Positions 32,393 to 41,277 of a stretch of 64,000 bases of DNA are shown here, one piece after another (the stretch's first letter is position 1; the number at the start of each line of letters is the position of its first letter). Below the pieces are notes generated by a model. The model made no database searches, had not been told where the DNA came from, and saw nothing but the letters and a program-made list of their open reading frames with translations. The position numbers and the translations under genes were made by a program. The DNA is from a candidate division FCPU426 bacterium. Its GTDB lineage: Bacteria; Oederibacteriota; Muellerivitia; Muellerivitales; Muellerivitaceae. The stretch spans positions 1 to 64,000 of the forward strand of contig CAWHOE010000049.1 of assembly GCA_963830915.1 (NCBI GenBank). The letters run 5' to 3'.

Positions 32393-34058
32393 ATGAGTTC
32401 GAACATTTCTCCCGTACAAAAAGCCAGGCTGTCCTACAAGCCCAAGTATCCCAAGGTCCTGGCCGGTCCGTCCGGCAAGGTGGCCTTGAAGAACGGAAAG
32501 CCGACCCAGTCCATCAAGGACCAGGATGCCATCCAGAAACTTTTCCCCCAAACCTACGGACAACCGGAAGTGTTCTTCGTTCCCGGCAAGGCTTCACCCA
32601 AAATGAAGAAGGCCATCAAGGTGGCGCTGGTCCTTTCCGGCGGGCAGGCTCCCGGCGGGCACAATGTGGTGGCGGGCCTTTATGACGGGCTGAAGAAACT
32701 GAACAAAAAGAACACCCTGACCGGGTATCTGGGCGGTCCTTCCGGACTGGTCGAGGACAAGAAGCTGGAGATCACCGACAAGCTCCTGGCCCATTACCGC
32801 AATACGGGCGGGTTCGACATCATCGGCTCGGGCCGGACCAAGCTGGAGACCCAGGAGCAATTCGAGGCCGTCGAGAAGAACCTCAAAGGGGCAGGCATCA
32901 CCGCCCTGGTCATCATCGGCGGGGACGATTCCAACACCAACGCGGCCATCCTGGCCGAGTACTTCAAGGCCAACGACATACCCATCAGCGTCATCGGCTG
33001 TCCCAAGACCATCGACGGCGACCTGAAGAACGAGCAGGTGGAGATCAGCTTCGGCTTCGACACTTCCACCAAGGTTTACGCGGAATTGGCCGGCAACGTC
33101 GGCAGGGACTGCCTGTCGGCGAAGAAATACTGGCACTTCATCAAGGTCATGGGGCGTTCCGCCAGCCATATCGCCCTGGAAGTGGCCCTGAAGACCCATC
33201 CCAACATCTGCCTGATCTCGGAAGAGGTCGCGGACAACCAATGGACCCTGGGGCAGATCACCGAGCAGATTGCCCAGGTCGTGGCGGACCGGGCCAAGGC
33301 CAAGAAGAACTACGGGGTGGCCATCGTGCCGGAAGGCTTGCTGGAGTTCATCCCCGAGATGAAACACCTCATCGGCGAGTTGAACGACCAGTTGGCCCAC
33401 AACGCCGAGTTCGAGAAGATCGAGATCCCGGCGGAGAAAGTGGCTTTCGCGAGAACACACTTAAGCAAGGAATCAAAACAGGCGTTCGAGTCCCTCCCGC
33501 CCTCCATCCAGGTCCAGCTGTTGGCCGACCGGGACCCTCACGGCAACGTTCAGGTCTCCAAGATCGACACGGAGAAACTTCTCATCGAGGCGGTGGAGAT
33601 CCAGCTCAAACAATGGAAGAAGGAAGGGAAGTACGACGGAAAATTCGCCAGCCAGGGGCATTTCTTCGGCTATGAGGGCCGCTGCGCCGCCCCGTCGAAT
33701 TTCGACGCCGACTACTGCTACGCGCTGGGGTTCAACGCTTCCTATCTGGTGGCCGCCGGCCTGACAGGTTACCTTTCCAGCGTCCGGGACCTGTTGAAAC
33801 CCGCCGCCCAATGGAGAGCGGGGGGCGTTCCCTTGACCATGATGATGAACCTGGAAAGAAGAACATGGGAAGGACAAACCGGTCATCCAGAAAGCCCTGG
33901 TCCACTTGAAGGGCAAACCCTACAAGAAGTTCTGCGACCTGCGCAAGAAGTGGTCGAAAGAGGACGATTACACCAGCCCCGGACCCATCCAGTTCTGGGG
34001 CCCCACCGAGGTCGCGGATATCGTTCCTGAGACCTTGAAGCTGGAGCGGGAAAAATAA
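32393..34058 (+). CDS. pfp: Pyrophosphate-dependent phosphofructokinase (long type); one extra base at ~33863, probably a sequencing error
   Basis: SGGQAPGGHNV, GGDDSNTNA, PKTIDGD, MGRSASH; removing one A restores ERRHGKDKPVIQKALV..YTSPGPIQF..LERE K stop at 34058. Confidence 0.93.
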
Positions 34059-34086
34059 AATATGTTGGTTGAGGTGATTTGAAACG

Positions 34087-34114
34087 AAGGGCGGAAGAAA
34101 TTCCGCCCTTTTTT
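34087..34114 (+). terminator. Intrinsic terminator after pfp
   Basis: AAGGGCGGAA-GAAA-TTCCGCCCTT followed by T tract. Confidence 0.88.
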
Positions 34115-34143
34115 ATTTCGCCTGGTATACCTAGTCCCGAGGG

Positions 34144-35631
34144 TCAGCGGATCACTACGACCTTGGCCACATGGGTCCCTAAGGGTTCCACCATCCGGAT
34201 GAGATAGACCCCGCTGGCCACCACCGAATGGGCGTCATTCTGCCCGTCCCAACTGAACGAGTCCAGTCCCGCTGGCTGTTCAGGGCCTGGCCTCAAAGTC
34301 CTCACCTTTTCCCCCGCGGTGTTGTAGACCATCACCGAATAATTTCCTGGAACGCAGAGATCGCTTCGGATGAGCAATGGGGTTGGGTCGCTCTTCGGCG
34401 AGAAGATATTGCGCGCCACGAAAAGCGTGCTTTGGCAGGGCGAGGGGAAGGTGACGGGCGTCGGGCTGGGGTTGACGAGAAGGAACCTGAAGGCCAGATC
34501 GTCGTCCGGATAGGAAGCTGTACTGCCGCAAAGGCCGCAAACGATGGGGATGGAGTTGGTCTCGAAAGCGGTGATACCCTCAAAAGAAAGGTTCCCGAGA
34601 GGGGCGGGATCGACCGAGGTGACCGGGTTGCCGGGCGATTCGATCAATAACTGGTAGCCGTTCATCGGTCCGCTCGAGGCGGAAAAATTGAGATTGTACC
34701 CGGTGCCAGGGACCAACGTGATGGGGGAGATCGGCGAGTCGACCCAGGTCAGGGTGGCCGGCAGGGCGCCTGGAACCGCCAGTGTTCCCTTGGCCAGGCT
34801 GGTGAAAGGAGGCAAGCCCGTAGCCCCCAAGGTCCAATCCAGGTCGGCGGTCGTATTGCAACCAAAACAATCGGTCACAGCCGCGGCGTAGGCCCCGACG
34901 GAGGCGATGACCATGGTGGCGGGGACGGTAAAGGCCTCATTAAGAAAAAGATCCCATCCTGTCCCCCAGTAAGGCCCGGTCCTCGCGGTGGAGTAGGGGT
35001 TCCCGGTCCAGTTGCCCGAGTCGTTCACCAAAAAAATGGGTTCTTCGGATAGGGAACTCCAGGTCCCGGTCGTATTCTCATCCGCCGCCAATTGGGAGTC
35101 GGGTGCGCCTGATTGGGGATAAAAAAGATAATCCGGTTGGCTGGACACCCGGATCGTGATGAAGTTCGTGGAGCTGGGGGGCGGAAAAACACCACTCCAT
35201 TGCGCGACCAGGTGATAAATGTTCCCGGCGGTGACATTGGCCGGCGAAGTCAGGGGGATGTCGTTCCATCCGACTACCGGGGTTACGATGGGGCCGGAGC
35301 CCAGGATGGTACCGCTGGGCACTCCTCCCGAATCGGTCTGTAGACTGACCATGTAATTGAGGCCGAGGGGGGGAGTAGTATCGCTGATCGCCGTAATGTA
35401 CACCTGGGCCTCGGTGATCTGGCCCGTCGATTGGGCAGTGAAGCGGTAACCGGCCTGGCTGGTGGTGCTTGTGAGAGGGAAATCGGTGAAGCCTGCTGAA
35501 GGAAAGATAGTGCCGGTAGGATTAACGGCGTTGATGACAGCCAGGTTCCCAAAATAGGTCTGGGCTAGGCCGATAGAAAAGGTGGCCAGATAAAGGGCCG
35601 CCATCAATAGGAACGTTCGATTGAGCCGCAA
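34144..35631 (-). CDS. Secreted beta-rich protein with C-terminal FlgD/T9SS-CTD-like domain
   Basis: Signal peptide ..IGLA/Q; short PSPTP linker; RNIFSP..VYNTAGEKVRTL..WDG..ASGVY..KVVVIR. Confidence 0.8.
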   Translation of the reverse strand: MRLNRTFLLMAALYLATFSIGLAQTYFGNLAVINAVNPTGTIFPSAGFTDFPLTSTTSQAGYRFTAQSTGQITEAQVYITAISDTTPPLGLNYMVSLQTDSGGVPSGTILGSGPIVTPVVGWNDIPLTSPANVTAGNIYHLVAQWSGVFPPPSSTNFITIRVSSQPDYLFYPQSGAPDSQLAADENTTGTWSSLSEEPIFLVNDSGNWTGNPYSTARTGPYWGTGWDLFLNEAFTVPATMVIASVGAYAAAVTDCFGCNTTADLDWTLGATGLPPFTSLAKGTLAVPGALPATLTWVDSPISPITLVPGTGYNLNFSASSGPMNGYQLLIESPGNPVTSVDPAPLGNLSFEGITAFETNSIPIVCGLCGSTASYPDDDLAFRFLLVNPSPTPVTFPSPCQSTLFVARNIFSPKSDPTPLLIRSDLCVPGNYSVMVYNTAGEKVRTLRPGPEQPAGLDSFSWDGQNDAHSVVASGVYLIRMVEPLGTHVAKVVVIR

Positions 35632-35741
35632 GGGTTCACCCCTGTGTAGTTATCCCTAAAGATACCACGGTTCCATGACCGGCGACCGCCGGGAGGTCCT
35701 GGTTTCGAGCGGCGGGACAGCTTTTCCAGGGCTTTTTCGTA

Positions 35742-35771
35742 TTGCCTTTAAAAGCCCCTTTCGCCTATACT
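35742..35771 (+). promoter_or_regulatory. Putative sigma70 promoter of rpsF operon
   Basis: TTGCCT-18 bp-TATACT. Confidence 0.5.
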
Positions 35772-35774
35772 TCA

Positions 35775-35917
35775 CCTCCCCTGGGAAGCGATTCCCGGGG
35801 GTTTTTCGTTCCCGCCTTGGGCCTTCCGGCCCCTCGCAGGAACCCTGTTCCGCTCCAGGTTTTTGGTGGGAGGGGGACTATCCCGGCCTCGGCCGGGAAT
35901 CCAAAGGGAGGTAGTGC
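35775..35917 (+). promoter_or_regulatory. Structured rpsF 5' leader, candidate S6:S18-binding RNA element
   Basis: Hairpins CCCCTGGGAA/TTCCCGGGG and TCCCGGCC/GGCCGGGA; CCCT able to pair with the AGGGAGG SD; position matches known S6:S18 leaders. Confidence 0.35.
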
Positions 35918-36436
35918 ATGAATCAGTCCAAGTACGATGTCATTTACATTCTAGATCCCAACACGAGCACGGAAGACATGGCGGCCGTCGCCGCCAAGGT
36001 CGAACAGATCGTGGCCGAAACCAAGGCGACCATCCTGAAGAAGGATGATTGGGGAAAACGCCGTCTGGCCTATCTGGTGAAGAAACACCGGGAAGGACAT
36101 TACGTGTTCTATCACCTCCAGGCTCCGCCTGAGACGGTGGCCGAATTGAACCGTAACTTCCGCCTCCTGGAGCGGGTCATCAAGTTCATGATCGCCAAGG
36201 ACACCATCAGCCATCTGAAGGCCAAGGTGAAGCCGCCCCGCGTGAAGACCAGCACGGAAGGAACGGGGACCCGTCCCTACTCCTCCAACTCGCGCACGAG
36301 CCATTCGTCGCACCGTCCGACAGCGCCGAGCCATTCCGGCCCGTCCGCCCCGTCCTCGACGAGCGCCCCGACCGCTCCGGCCCCGGCGGCCGCCCCGGTG
36401 GAAGCCCCAGCTCCGACCGCCCCTCCAGCCGTTTAA
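35918..36436 (+). CDS. rpsF: 30S ribosomal protein S6 with low-complexity C-terminal extension
   Basis: YDVIYILDP, WGKRRLAY, GHY; operon context. Confidence 0.95.
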   Translation: MNQSKYDVIYILDPNTSTEDMAAVAAKVEQIVAETKATILKKDDWGKRRLAYLVKKHREGHYVFYHLQAPPETVAELNRNFRLLERVIKFMIAKDTISHLKAKVKPPRVKTSTEGTGTRPYSSNSRTSHSSHRPTAPSHSGPSAPSSTSAPTAPAPAAAPVEAPAPTAPPAV

Positions 36437-36465
36437 CCATTCACCGCTGAACCAGGGAGGCGAGC

Positions 36466-36891
36466 ATGCCTAATTTCAACAAAGTGTTCCTGATGGGGAA
36501 TCTCACCAAGGACCCGGAATTGCGTTACACCGCGGGGGGCGCGCCCGTGGCCAACCTTCGTTTGGCCATCAACCGCGTCTACCAGCTGCAATCCGGCGAG
36601 AAGAAAGAGGACGTCTGCTTCGTGACGGTGGTGGTCTGGCGCAAACAGGCCGAGGCCGCCGGGGAATACCTGCACAAGGGCGACCCAGTTTTCGTGGAAG
36701 GGCGTCTGCAGAGCCGTTCCTGGGAGACCGATGACAAGCAGAAACGCAGCATCATGGAAGTGGTGGCCGAGCGCATCCAGTTCCTGAACCGGGGCAAGGG
36801 TTCGGGGGAAGCCGTCCATGACACGACCGAAGAAGAGGGCGCGCCTCAGCCCCCGGCCGCCGCCGGCAGTGAAGAGGACATTCCTTTTTAA
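36466..36891 (+). CDS. ssb: Single-stranded DNA-binding protein
   Basis: NKVFLMGNLTKDPELRYT; C-terminal EEDIPF. Confidence 0.98.
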   Translation: MPNFNKVFLMGNLTKDPELRYTAGGAPVANLRLAINRVYQLQSGEKKEDVCFVTVVVWRKQAEAAGEYLHKGDPVFVEGRLQSRSWETDDKQKRSIMEVVAERIQFLNRGKGSGEAVHDTTEEEGAPQPPAAAGSEEDIPF

Positions 36892-36975
36892 GGATCATTT
36901 TCACCACCAAGGGCACCAAGAAAGAATTTTTTTAATAACCGAAAACCAAAAGGCGATTTTTAAAGGAGAAATGAC

Positions 36976-37263
36976 ATGGCAGACGAAAAGAGAGAAAGCA
37001 GACCACCCCGTCCGGACGGACCGAGGGGAGAAGGCGGAGGAGGCCGGTTCCGCAGGCCCCGCCGCAAATCCTGCCGGTTCTGCGCCGAGAAGATCGTCGC
37101 GATCGACTATAAAGACTACAACCGCATCCGTACCTTCGTCAGCGAAAGGGGCAAGATCGTCCCGAGCCGCATGACCGGTACCTGCGCGAGCCACCAGCGT
37201 GAGCTCACCAAGGCCATCAAGCGCGCCCGCAACATCGCCTTGCTGCCTTTCGCGAACGCTTAA
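36976..37263 (+). CDS. rpsR: 30S ribosomal protein S18 (Zn-binding Cys form)
   Basis: [39 protein letters not shown]. Confidence 0.98.
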   Translation: MADEKRESRPPRPDGPRGEGGGGRFRRPRRKSCRFCAEKIVAIDYKDYNRIRTFVSERGKIVPSRMTGTCASHQRELTKAIKRARNIALLPFANA

Positions 37264-37289
37264 TAAAAGAATAAAAGAAGGAGGTTCCA

Positions 37290-38065
37290 TTGGACCTCTT
37301 GATCGCACTCATCCTCTGGCTGGCCTTTACGGGGATGATCACCGGTATTTCCTCGCTGACCTCGGCCTGGGCCCTTTTGAAAGGGTCCAAGCCGCTGGGA
37401 GCGGTCTTGGCCGGCGCCTTAGCCTCCGCCCTATTCCTGGTCGTCGCCTTCCTCATCCTTCAATCGGATGAGAAGGTCAAGGGTCTGGCCCTGCTCCAAA
37501 GCCTCATGGACGAGAGCTGGAAGACCCAGTCCGCCCTCTACCACGCCAAGGGCATGACGGAGGAGGATATCGCCCTCCTCAAGAACTTCTCCGATAAATA
37601 CGTTTCTGGGCCTTCCCGGCCTGGGTGCTCCTGGGCAGTATGATCATGGGCTTGGTCTCTTACTATCTTTCCTCGGTCATCTTCATGCGTGTCACCCCCA
37701 AGATCCCCCGTCCCATGAGGTTCCGGGATTGGGTTTTGCCCGAACCCTTGGTGTTCGGCCTGGTGGTCGGAGGCCTGCTGAAGGTGGCGCAGGGAATGCT
37801 CCAGCTCACGCCGGACCAAAGCACCGTGGTCGAGGTCATCGCCAACAACCTGCTGGTATTGTTCGTGGGCATCTACGCGATGGCGGGCCTGTGCATCATC
37901 TCCTTCTTCCTGCATAAATGGCGCCTGCCGTCCATCGTCAGGTTCCTCGGTTATTTTCTGTTGTTGTTATCCGCCGGTTTCCAGATCCCCTGCGCGTTGG
38001 GGGTGCTGGATGTCTGGTTCGATTTTCGTAAGCTGAAATCCCCACCTTTGGAGCAAACCTCATGA
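37290..38065 (+). CDS. DUF2232/YybS-family membrane protein; single-base deletion at ~37604, probably a sequencing error
   Basis: Two overlapping ORFs join to KYVFWAFPAWVLLG if one T is added; FRDWVLP and LGVLDVWFDFRK motifs; rpsR-DUF2232-rplI synteny. Confidence 0.85.
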
Positions 38066-38505
38066 AAGTCATATTGAAAGCCGACGTACCCCGTATCGGG
38101 AAAAAAGGCGAGATATTGGAAGTCAAGGAGGGCTATGCCCGCAACTTCCTGATCCCCAATAAGCTGGCCCTGGAAGCCTCGGGCGGCGTCATGAAACAGG
38201 TGGAAGAGACCAAAAAGGCCGAGGAACGGCGCAAGTCGAAGGAAAAGGAAGAGGCCGAGGCCTTGGCCGCCAAGATCAAGGGAATCACCATCACCCTCCG
38301 GCACAAGGCCGGGGACGAGGGAAGGCTGTTCGGGTCCATCACCTCGGCGGAGATCGTCGAGGCCTTGAAGGAAAAGGGATTCGATATCGACAAGAAACAG
38401 GTCCACCTGGATGACCACATCCGCCTGGTGGGCAAGCATGACGTGAAGATCAAGCTCCATACCGAGGTCATGGCCTCCCTCCATGTCGAGGTCATGAAGC
38501 AGTAA
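38062..38505 (+). CDS. rplI: 50S ribosomal protein L9
   Basis: MKVILKADV..GKKGEILEVKEGYARNFLIP; GRLFGSIT. Confidence 0.98.
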   Translation: MKVILKADVPRIGKKGEILEVKEGYARNFLIPNKLALEASGGVMKQVEETKKAEERRKSKEKEEAEALAAKIKGITITLRHKAGDEGRLFGSITSAEIVEALKEKGFDIDKKQVHLDDHIRLVGKHDVKIKLHTEVMASLHVEVMKQ

Positions 38506-38519
38506 GTTTATTTGGGGTT

Positions 38520-38912
38520 TTATTTCGACGCTTTTTCGGCCCATCGCAAAACTTTTTCAGCCAGCCCAAGCGCTTTTTCATACTCCGTTGGTTGAATGTC
38601 CAAAAAATCCAAGGGGTAGCGGCCTTTGATGATAAAGCCGCTTAAATGCTCGGCTTCTTTGACTTCTGGGGGCGCTGATATCGGGGTAGGAAGAAGATTG
38701 AACAAATCCCGCAAATTATGGGTCGGGGGAAACCCGATCTTGTGCCGCAACAAAACGGCTTTCAAGGCTTTTTCAGCTGACTGTTGACAATGAAAACAAA
38801 GAGCCCCCAAACGGACATCGGGCAATCTGCCCGCGCGGGCCAAGGCCAAGTCGCTTTTCGCGAATTGCAACCAAATGGCGGGATCGTTCAAATCCCTCTC
38901 TTCAGACGGCAT
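38520..38912 (-). CDS. HEPN domain protein (partner of MNT)
   Basis: WLQFAKSDL..CFHCQQSAEKALKA..THNL..RYP. Confidence 0.9.
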   Translation of the reverse strand: MPSEERDLNDPAIWLQFAKSDLALARAGRLPDVRLGALCFHCQQSAEKALKAVLLRHKIGFPPTHNLRDLFNLLPTPISAPPEVKEAEHLSGFIIKGRYPLDFLDIQPTEYEKALGLAEKVLRWAEKASK

Positions 38913-39219
38913 AAACTTCACGCCCTTCTTCGAGAGCCCACTTGTAAACCAACGCGCAATTGTCTTTATATTTTTCTAGAACGTTAGGGGTGGCCACGAT
39001 CAGGTCATAGCCGATATTGACCCCGCCTACATGGTTGTAAAGTTCATGGGTCACATGACCGCTATCGGTCCCATCCGGCATGACGACCAATAGGTCAATA
39101 TCACTATGGGGTCCCATGTCACCTCGGGCCGCTGACCCGAAAAGGATGATACGTAGAGGATGAGCTGTCTCCACGATCTGACCGACTAACTTGTCAATGA
39201 TCGTCGTTTCAACTTGCAC
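38902..39219 (-). CDS. Minimal nucleotidyltransferase (MNT)
   Basis: IILFGSAARGD...SDIDLLVV; overlaps HEPN start. Confidence 0.92.
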   Translation of the reverse strand: MQVETTIIDKLVGQIVETAHPLRIILFGSAARGDMGPHSDIDLLVVMPDGTDSGHVTHELYNHVGGVNIGYDLIVATPNVLEKYKDNCALVYKWALEEGREVYAV

Positions 39220-39337
39220 GGGGTCTCCTGATTCAAATTCATCCTATGATCTTTGGTTGGTAACCCGACCATTAAGCGTATTTTATGCCCAATCCGCGGA
39301 GGCTACAAGCGCCTATCCTTTCGATGGGCATTCGATT

Positions 39338-39379
39338 TGGGGATAACGTGAACAAAGTTATCCACCGGTGGATAACTTT
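39338..39379. promoter_or_regulatory. Three DnaA-box-like sites upstream of dnaB
   Basis: TGGGGATAA (39338) and perfect 26-bp palindrome AAAGTTATCCACCGGTGGATAACTTT (39354-39379) with two TTATCCACC; each one mismatch from TTATCCACA. Confidence 0.6.
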
Positions 39380-39458
39380 CACGCCCGTCCGAATATTTTT
39401 CTCCTGCTTCCTCCCTGACTGGCTAAAATACAAAAACTCAAAGACACTTTACAGTCTA

Positions 39459-39628
39459 TTGAACCACCAAGTTCACCAAGGGCACCAAGTAAAGCAAAAT
39501 CAAAAATTGGGGTTTAGGCTTTGGGTGGTATTAAAAAATCTTGAACCTTAAGCATGCGGGCGAATATTAAGAATTAAACAATAGGATTTGGATCATTTTT
39601 TCTTGGTGAACTTGGTGCCCTTGGTGGT
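39459..39628. repeat. CCAC+triple-repeat inverted pair (CACCAAG subfamily) around an AT-rich spacer
   Basis: TTGAACCACCAAGTTCACCAAGGGCACCAAG ... CTTGGTGAACTTGGTGCCCTTGGTGGT; solo arm also at 36901-36920. Confidence 0.8.
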
Positions 39629-39656
39629 ATAAATTTTTTCTAGAGGTTACCGTCTC

Positions 39657-41048
39657 ATGGAAGTCGCCCGCAAAAGCAACCCGCTTTCCCCCACGCCCAA
39701 CAGCCAGGATTTTCGCGTTCCGCCCCAGGACCTGGAGGCCGAACAGTCGGTGCTGGGAGCCATGTTGCTCTCGCCTGAGGCCATCCGCATGGTCATCCCC
39801 ATCTGCAAGGAACAGGACTTCTACCGCGAGGCCAACCGCAAGCTGTACAAGGCCATCGTGGCCCTGGACGACCGCAAGGAACCGGTGGACGCCATCACCC
39901 TCAGCGCGGAACTCAAACGCATGGGCGAGTTCGACACCATCGGGGGCCTGTCGGCCCTGACCGCCCTGGCGGACCGGGTGCCCACCGCAGCCAACGCCGA
40001 ATATTACGCCCAGATCGTCAAGGAAAAGGCCGCGGCCCGCAAGCTCATCGCCGCCGCCACCCAGGTGGTGTCCGACGCCTACGCCGACAGCCTGCCCATC
40101 AAGGAACTGCTGGACGACGCCGAGCACCGCATCTTCGAGGCCACCGAGCTTCGCGAGAGCAAGGACTTCGCCTCCATCAAGGAACTCATCGGCAAGAGCT
40201 ACGAGTACGTCAACGAGCTGACCACCAAGGAAGGCAACATCACCGGCGTGCCCACCGGCTTCCCCGACCTGGACGAGTTGACCGCGGGCTTCCAGCCCTC
40301 CGAAATGATCGTCATCGGCGCCAGGCCCTCCATGGGTAAGACCAGCTTGGCCCTGAACATCGCCCAGCACATCAGCATGGGCACCAACCAGCTCAAGAAG
40401 AGGGGCGCGGTGGGGTTCTTCTCCATAGAAATGACCGCCAAGCAATTGGCCCTGCGCATGCTCTGCGCCGTGGCCCGCATCGACCTTCGCAAGGTCCGCT
40501 CCACCCACCTGAGCGAAAGCGACAAGGGTCGCCTGAACATCGCCTGCGACCAGATCTACCAGTCCAAGCTCTTCATCGACGACACTTCCTCCATGACGGT
40601 GCTGGACCTCAAAGCCAAGGCCCGCCGATTGAAGAGGGAATACGGCATCGGCATCCTGTTCGTCGACTATCTCCAGCTCATCCAGGCCGGTATCCGCACC
40701 GACAAGCGGGAACAGGAAATCGCCTATGTATCCCGGCAGTTGAAAGCCCTGGCCAAGGATTTGGACATCCCGGTGGTGGTGCTTTCCCAGCTGTCCCGCC
40801 CGCCCAAGGGCCAGGAAGACAAGAAGCCCCTTCTGTCGGACCTGAGGGAATCGGGCGCCATCGAGCAGGACGCCGACGTGGTCATCTTCATCCATAAGGA
40901 AAGCTCGGGACAGAATTCGGACCAGCCCAATTTCGCCTATGAGCTGGTGGTGGCGAAACAACGTAACGGTCCCACCGATTCCATCCCGGTGGTGTTCAAG
41001 AGGGAATATACTTCCTTTGAGTCGGCCTCGAGGGTCTCGGAAAGATAA
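39657..41048 (+). CDS. dnaB: Replicative DNA helicase
   Basis: PPQDLEAEQSVLG, ARPSMGKT, VDYLQL, LSQLSR, DLRESGAIEQDAD. Confidence 0.98.
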   Translation: MEVARKSNPLSPTPNSQDFRVPPQDLEAEQSVLGAMLLSPEAIRMVIPICKEQDFYREANRKLYKAIVALDDRKEPVDAITLSAELKRMGEFDTIGGLSALTALADRVPTAANAEYYAQIVKEKAAARKLIAAATQVVSDAYADSLPIKELLDDAEHRIFEATELRESKDFASIKELIGKSYEYVNELTTKEGNITGVPTGFPDLDELTAGFQPSEMIVIGARPSMGKTSLALNIAQHISMGTNQLKKRGAVGFFSIEMTAKQLALRMLCAVARIDLRKVRSTHLSESDKGRLNIACDQIYQSKLFIDDTSSMTVLDLKAKARRLKREYGIGILFVDYLQLIQAGIRTDKREQEIAYVSRQLKALAKDLDIPVVVLSQLSRPPKGQEDKKPLLSDLRESGAIEQDADVVIFIHKESSGQNSDQPNFAYELVVAKQRNGPTDSIPVVFKREYTSFESASRVSER

Positions 41049-41068
41049 CGGAAACGGCAAAGGCTGAA

Positions 41069-41246
41069 TTTGCCACAGATGTGCCGATTTTCATATGAAG
41101 TTAGAATATTGAAATCGGTACGATACCGACCCCTTTACAAGATTGATTGACGGTCGGCATGGACACAGATAAACACAGATTGGGATTCAGATTTAACACA
41201 AAAATTTGGTATTTGTATCCGTGTTCATCTGTGTTCATCTGTGGTT
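41069..41246. repeat. CCAC+triple-repeat inverted pair (CACAGAT subfamily), left arm interrupted by mini-element
   Basis: TTGCCACAGATG[insert]GACACAGATAAACACAGAT ... ATCCGTGTTCATCTGTGTTCATCTGTGGTT. Confidence 0.8.
41082..41159 (+). mobile_element. 78-bp four-armed mini-element, family 1, copy 1
   Basis: TGCCGATT..AATCGGTACGATACCGACC..GGTCGGCA flanked by TG on both sides. Confidence 0.8.
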
Positions 41247-41277
41247 AAAATGTTTTTGGCTTAAGAAACTAGGAAAA

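Noticed and set aside
33851..33870. Programmed frameshift or pseudogenisation of pfp
   Set aside because: One extra A in an AGAAGAA context with an intact downstream frame, and other indels in the window; sequencing error is more likely.
37598..37630. Split DUF2232 as two genes or phase variation
   Set aside because: One missing T in a short T run restores a normal protein; the run is too short for slipped-strand switching.
39220..39656. Replication origin (oriC)
   Set aside because: Only three boxes, no dnaA/dnaN nearby, and the AT-rich part is explained by a repeat element.
39567..41060. Long antisense ORFs (39567-41060, 59103-60692, 32594-33460, 46774-47580 and similar)
   Set aside because: Shadows of high-GC3 sense genes such as dnaB, mlaEF, pfp and AKR; no independent motifs.
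41206..41277. N-terminal extensions such as VFVSVFICVHLWLK on alr and similar short ORFs
   Set aside because: Translations of the CACAGAT repeat arm, not coding sequence.
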